Shown piece after piece: positions 62,982 through 64,000 of a stretch of DNA of 64,000 nt. The stretch covers positions 4,898,001 through 4,962,000 of the forward strand of contig OZ176053.1 in the NCBI GenBank assembly GCA_964247055.1. The letters are read 5' to 3'. This stretch comes from Paragordius varius (lineage: Eukaryota; Animalia; Nematomorpha). Position numbers and translations under genes: made by a program. Positions within the stretch are counted from its first letter, which is position 1. Each line of letters begins with the position of its first letter. Under the pieces are notes generated by a model. That model did no database searches and was not told where the DNA came from. It saw only the letters and a program-made list of their open reading frames with translations.

Positions 62982-64000
62982 CCGGGTGTATTCATTTTTA
63001 TCGGATTTTTGGTAAAACATATGTATTGCCTGGATTTTTTAAGCGCTCATGGAAGGAAACCTATTATTTATTTTATTCTACATCGGATTTTATCATTTAG
63101 CTCATCTCTCAAATAAAATATGAAGGTTCGGCCAGAAATAATTGACCTTGGGGGGAAATCATTCGTCAAGCCATTTTTCAGAATTTTTAAAATTATTGAA
63201 GTGCAGCTTTGGGGGGGTGTGCCCTATTGATGCAAGTTGTATTAGAAATAAGTCCCATAGAAGCGATTTTAAGGTGTTATCCATTAGCTTCGTTTATGAG
63301 ACAAAGCATTGTCATGTGGTGAAATCGTTTTTCCTTGTTTTGTGGTTCATTCCGATTGCTTTTAATATATAGTTTTAATTAGTTATTTGAGAACGAATTC
63401 CAGTGACTTCAAAAGTTTATAATGCGCAATACGCTCTGGTCCTTTAGCCTTATTTTGAATAGAACGGCTTGGGATAAAATTCCCGATTTTTCCGCTTTGG
63501 GTTTCCAAAGTAAGCCATTACTCATCACCCATCCCAATTAGGCCAAAATGTTTTCTTTGCGTGACGTTAAAACATTTGACAAGATATTTGGCCATTTTCG
63601 ATTTGACGTTCATTCATATTCTGTGGGACCCATTTACCGAGGTTGATCTTTCCCATTGTTTTATACATATTGATTCTTTTCATGATACACTGTTGATAGG
63701 TCTGGGTTGGGTGTTCAACGAATTACTCTTGCATTTTAGCGTCTTCGTTGTGTGGCCTACAAGAGCCCCCACACTCTAACATTTGATCCCAATTTTTTTT
63801 CGAAACCATGTCTCCCTTAGGTATATAGCTAGAGCATTGACCATATTCATCACATGAACGATAACTTTCAACAGCCTTTCTCTTATTTTGTCAATGCATA
63901 CCGAAAATGTTCCTTAGGCAGAAATGATTACAGAAAGATAAAATAAGGCTAGTTTTTGGTAAACACAACTTGTGTGTTTGTCGTTCATATGAACAAAATG
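62982..64000 (-). mobile_element. Mariner (Mos1-like) transposon, pseudogenised; other TIR probably just outside the window
   Basis: Minus-strand motifs GKWVPQNMNERQIE, NPKRK, HDNALSH, LLWD and KWLDE*F...FER, with stops and frameshifts. TIR-like CCGGGTGTATTC at 62982. Confidence 0.9.

Overview
Very AT-rich eukaryotic, almost certainly animal, genomic DNA with spliceosomal GT-AG introns. The exact taxon cannot be determined from the sequence. The right half holds three conserved genes that I rebuilt exon by exon: a septin-7/Peanut-like gene (+, about 36.9-43.8 kb, 13 exons), a lysosomal GH38 alpha-mannosidase (MAN2B1-like, +, 50.3-61.1 kb, 22 exons) and an intronless HSF5/HSFY-like protein made of the DNA-binding domain only (-, 61.2-62.0 kb). 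All three carry large lineage-specific insertions. The mannosidase model needs a 21-nt first intron. The left half (1-36 kb) is mostly nested, decayed transposons (hAT, PIF/Harbinger, Helitron, MITEs, RTE LINE remnants) plus one solitary 5S rRNA gene. It also hides a secreted-protein cluster: two divergent paralogs of an unrecognised signal-peptide protein (motif LVPDL..SN...NNVNK..NYV; 1237-1704 on -, 12489-12893 on +) and spliced exons encoding tandem chitin-binding type-2 (CBM14/peritrophin-A) domains that the ORF track missed (16969-18912 on -, with a second copy of one exon at 948-1087). Positions 1-1292 are duplicated, apparently exactly, at 17826-19117, with the breakpoint at the junction between the secreted ORF and the CBM14 exons. 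Also present: a 2.3-kb foldback element behind the septin, a possible FP-domain (PI31/FBXO7-like) gene near 25.6-26.7 kb, and a decayed Mos1-like mariner at the right edge. All calls are by eye; no database searches were run.
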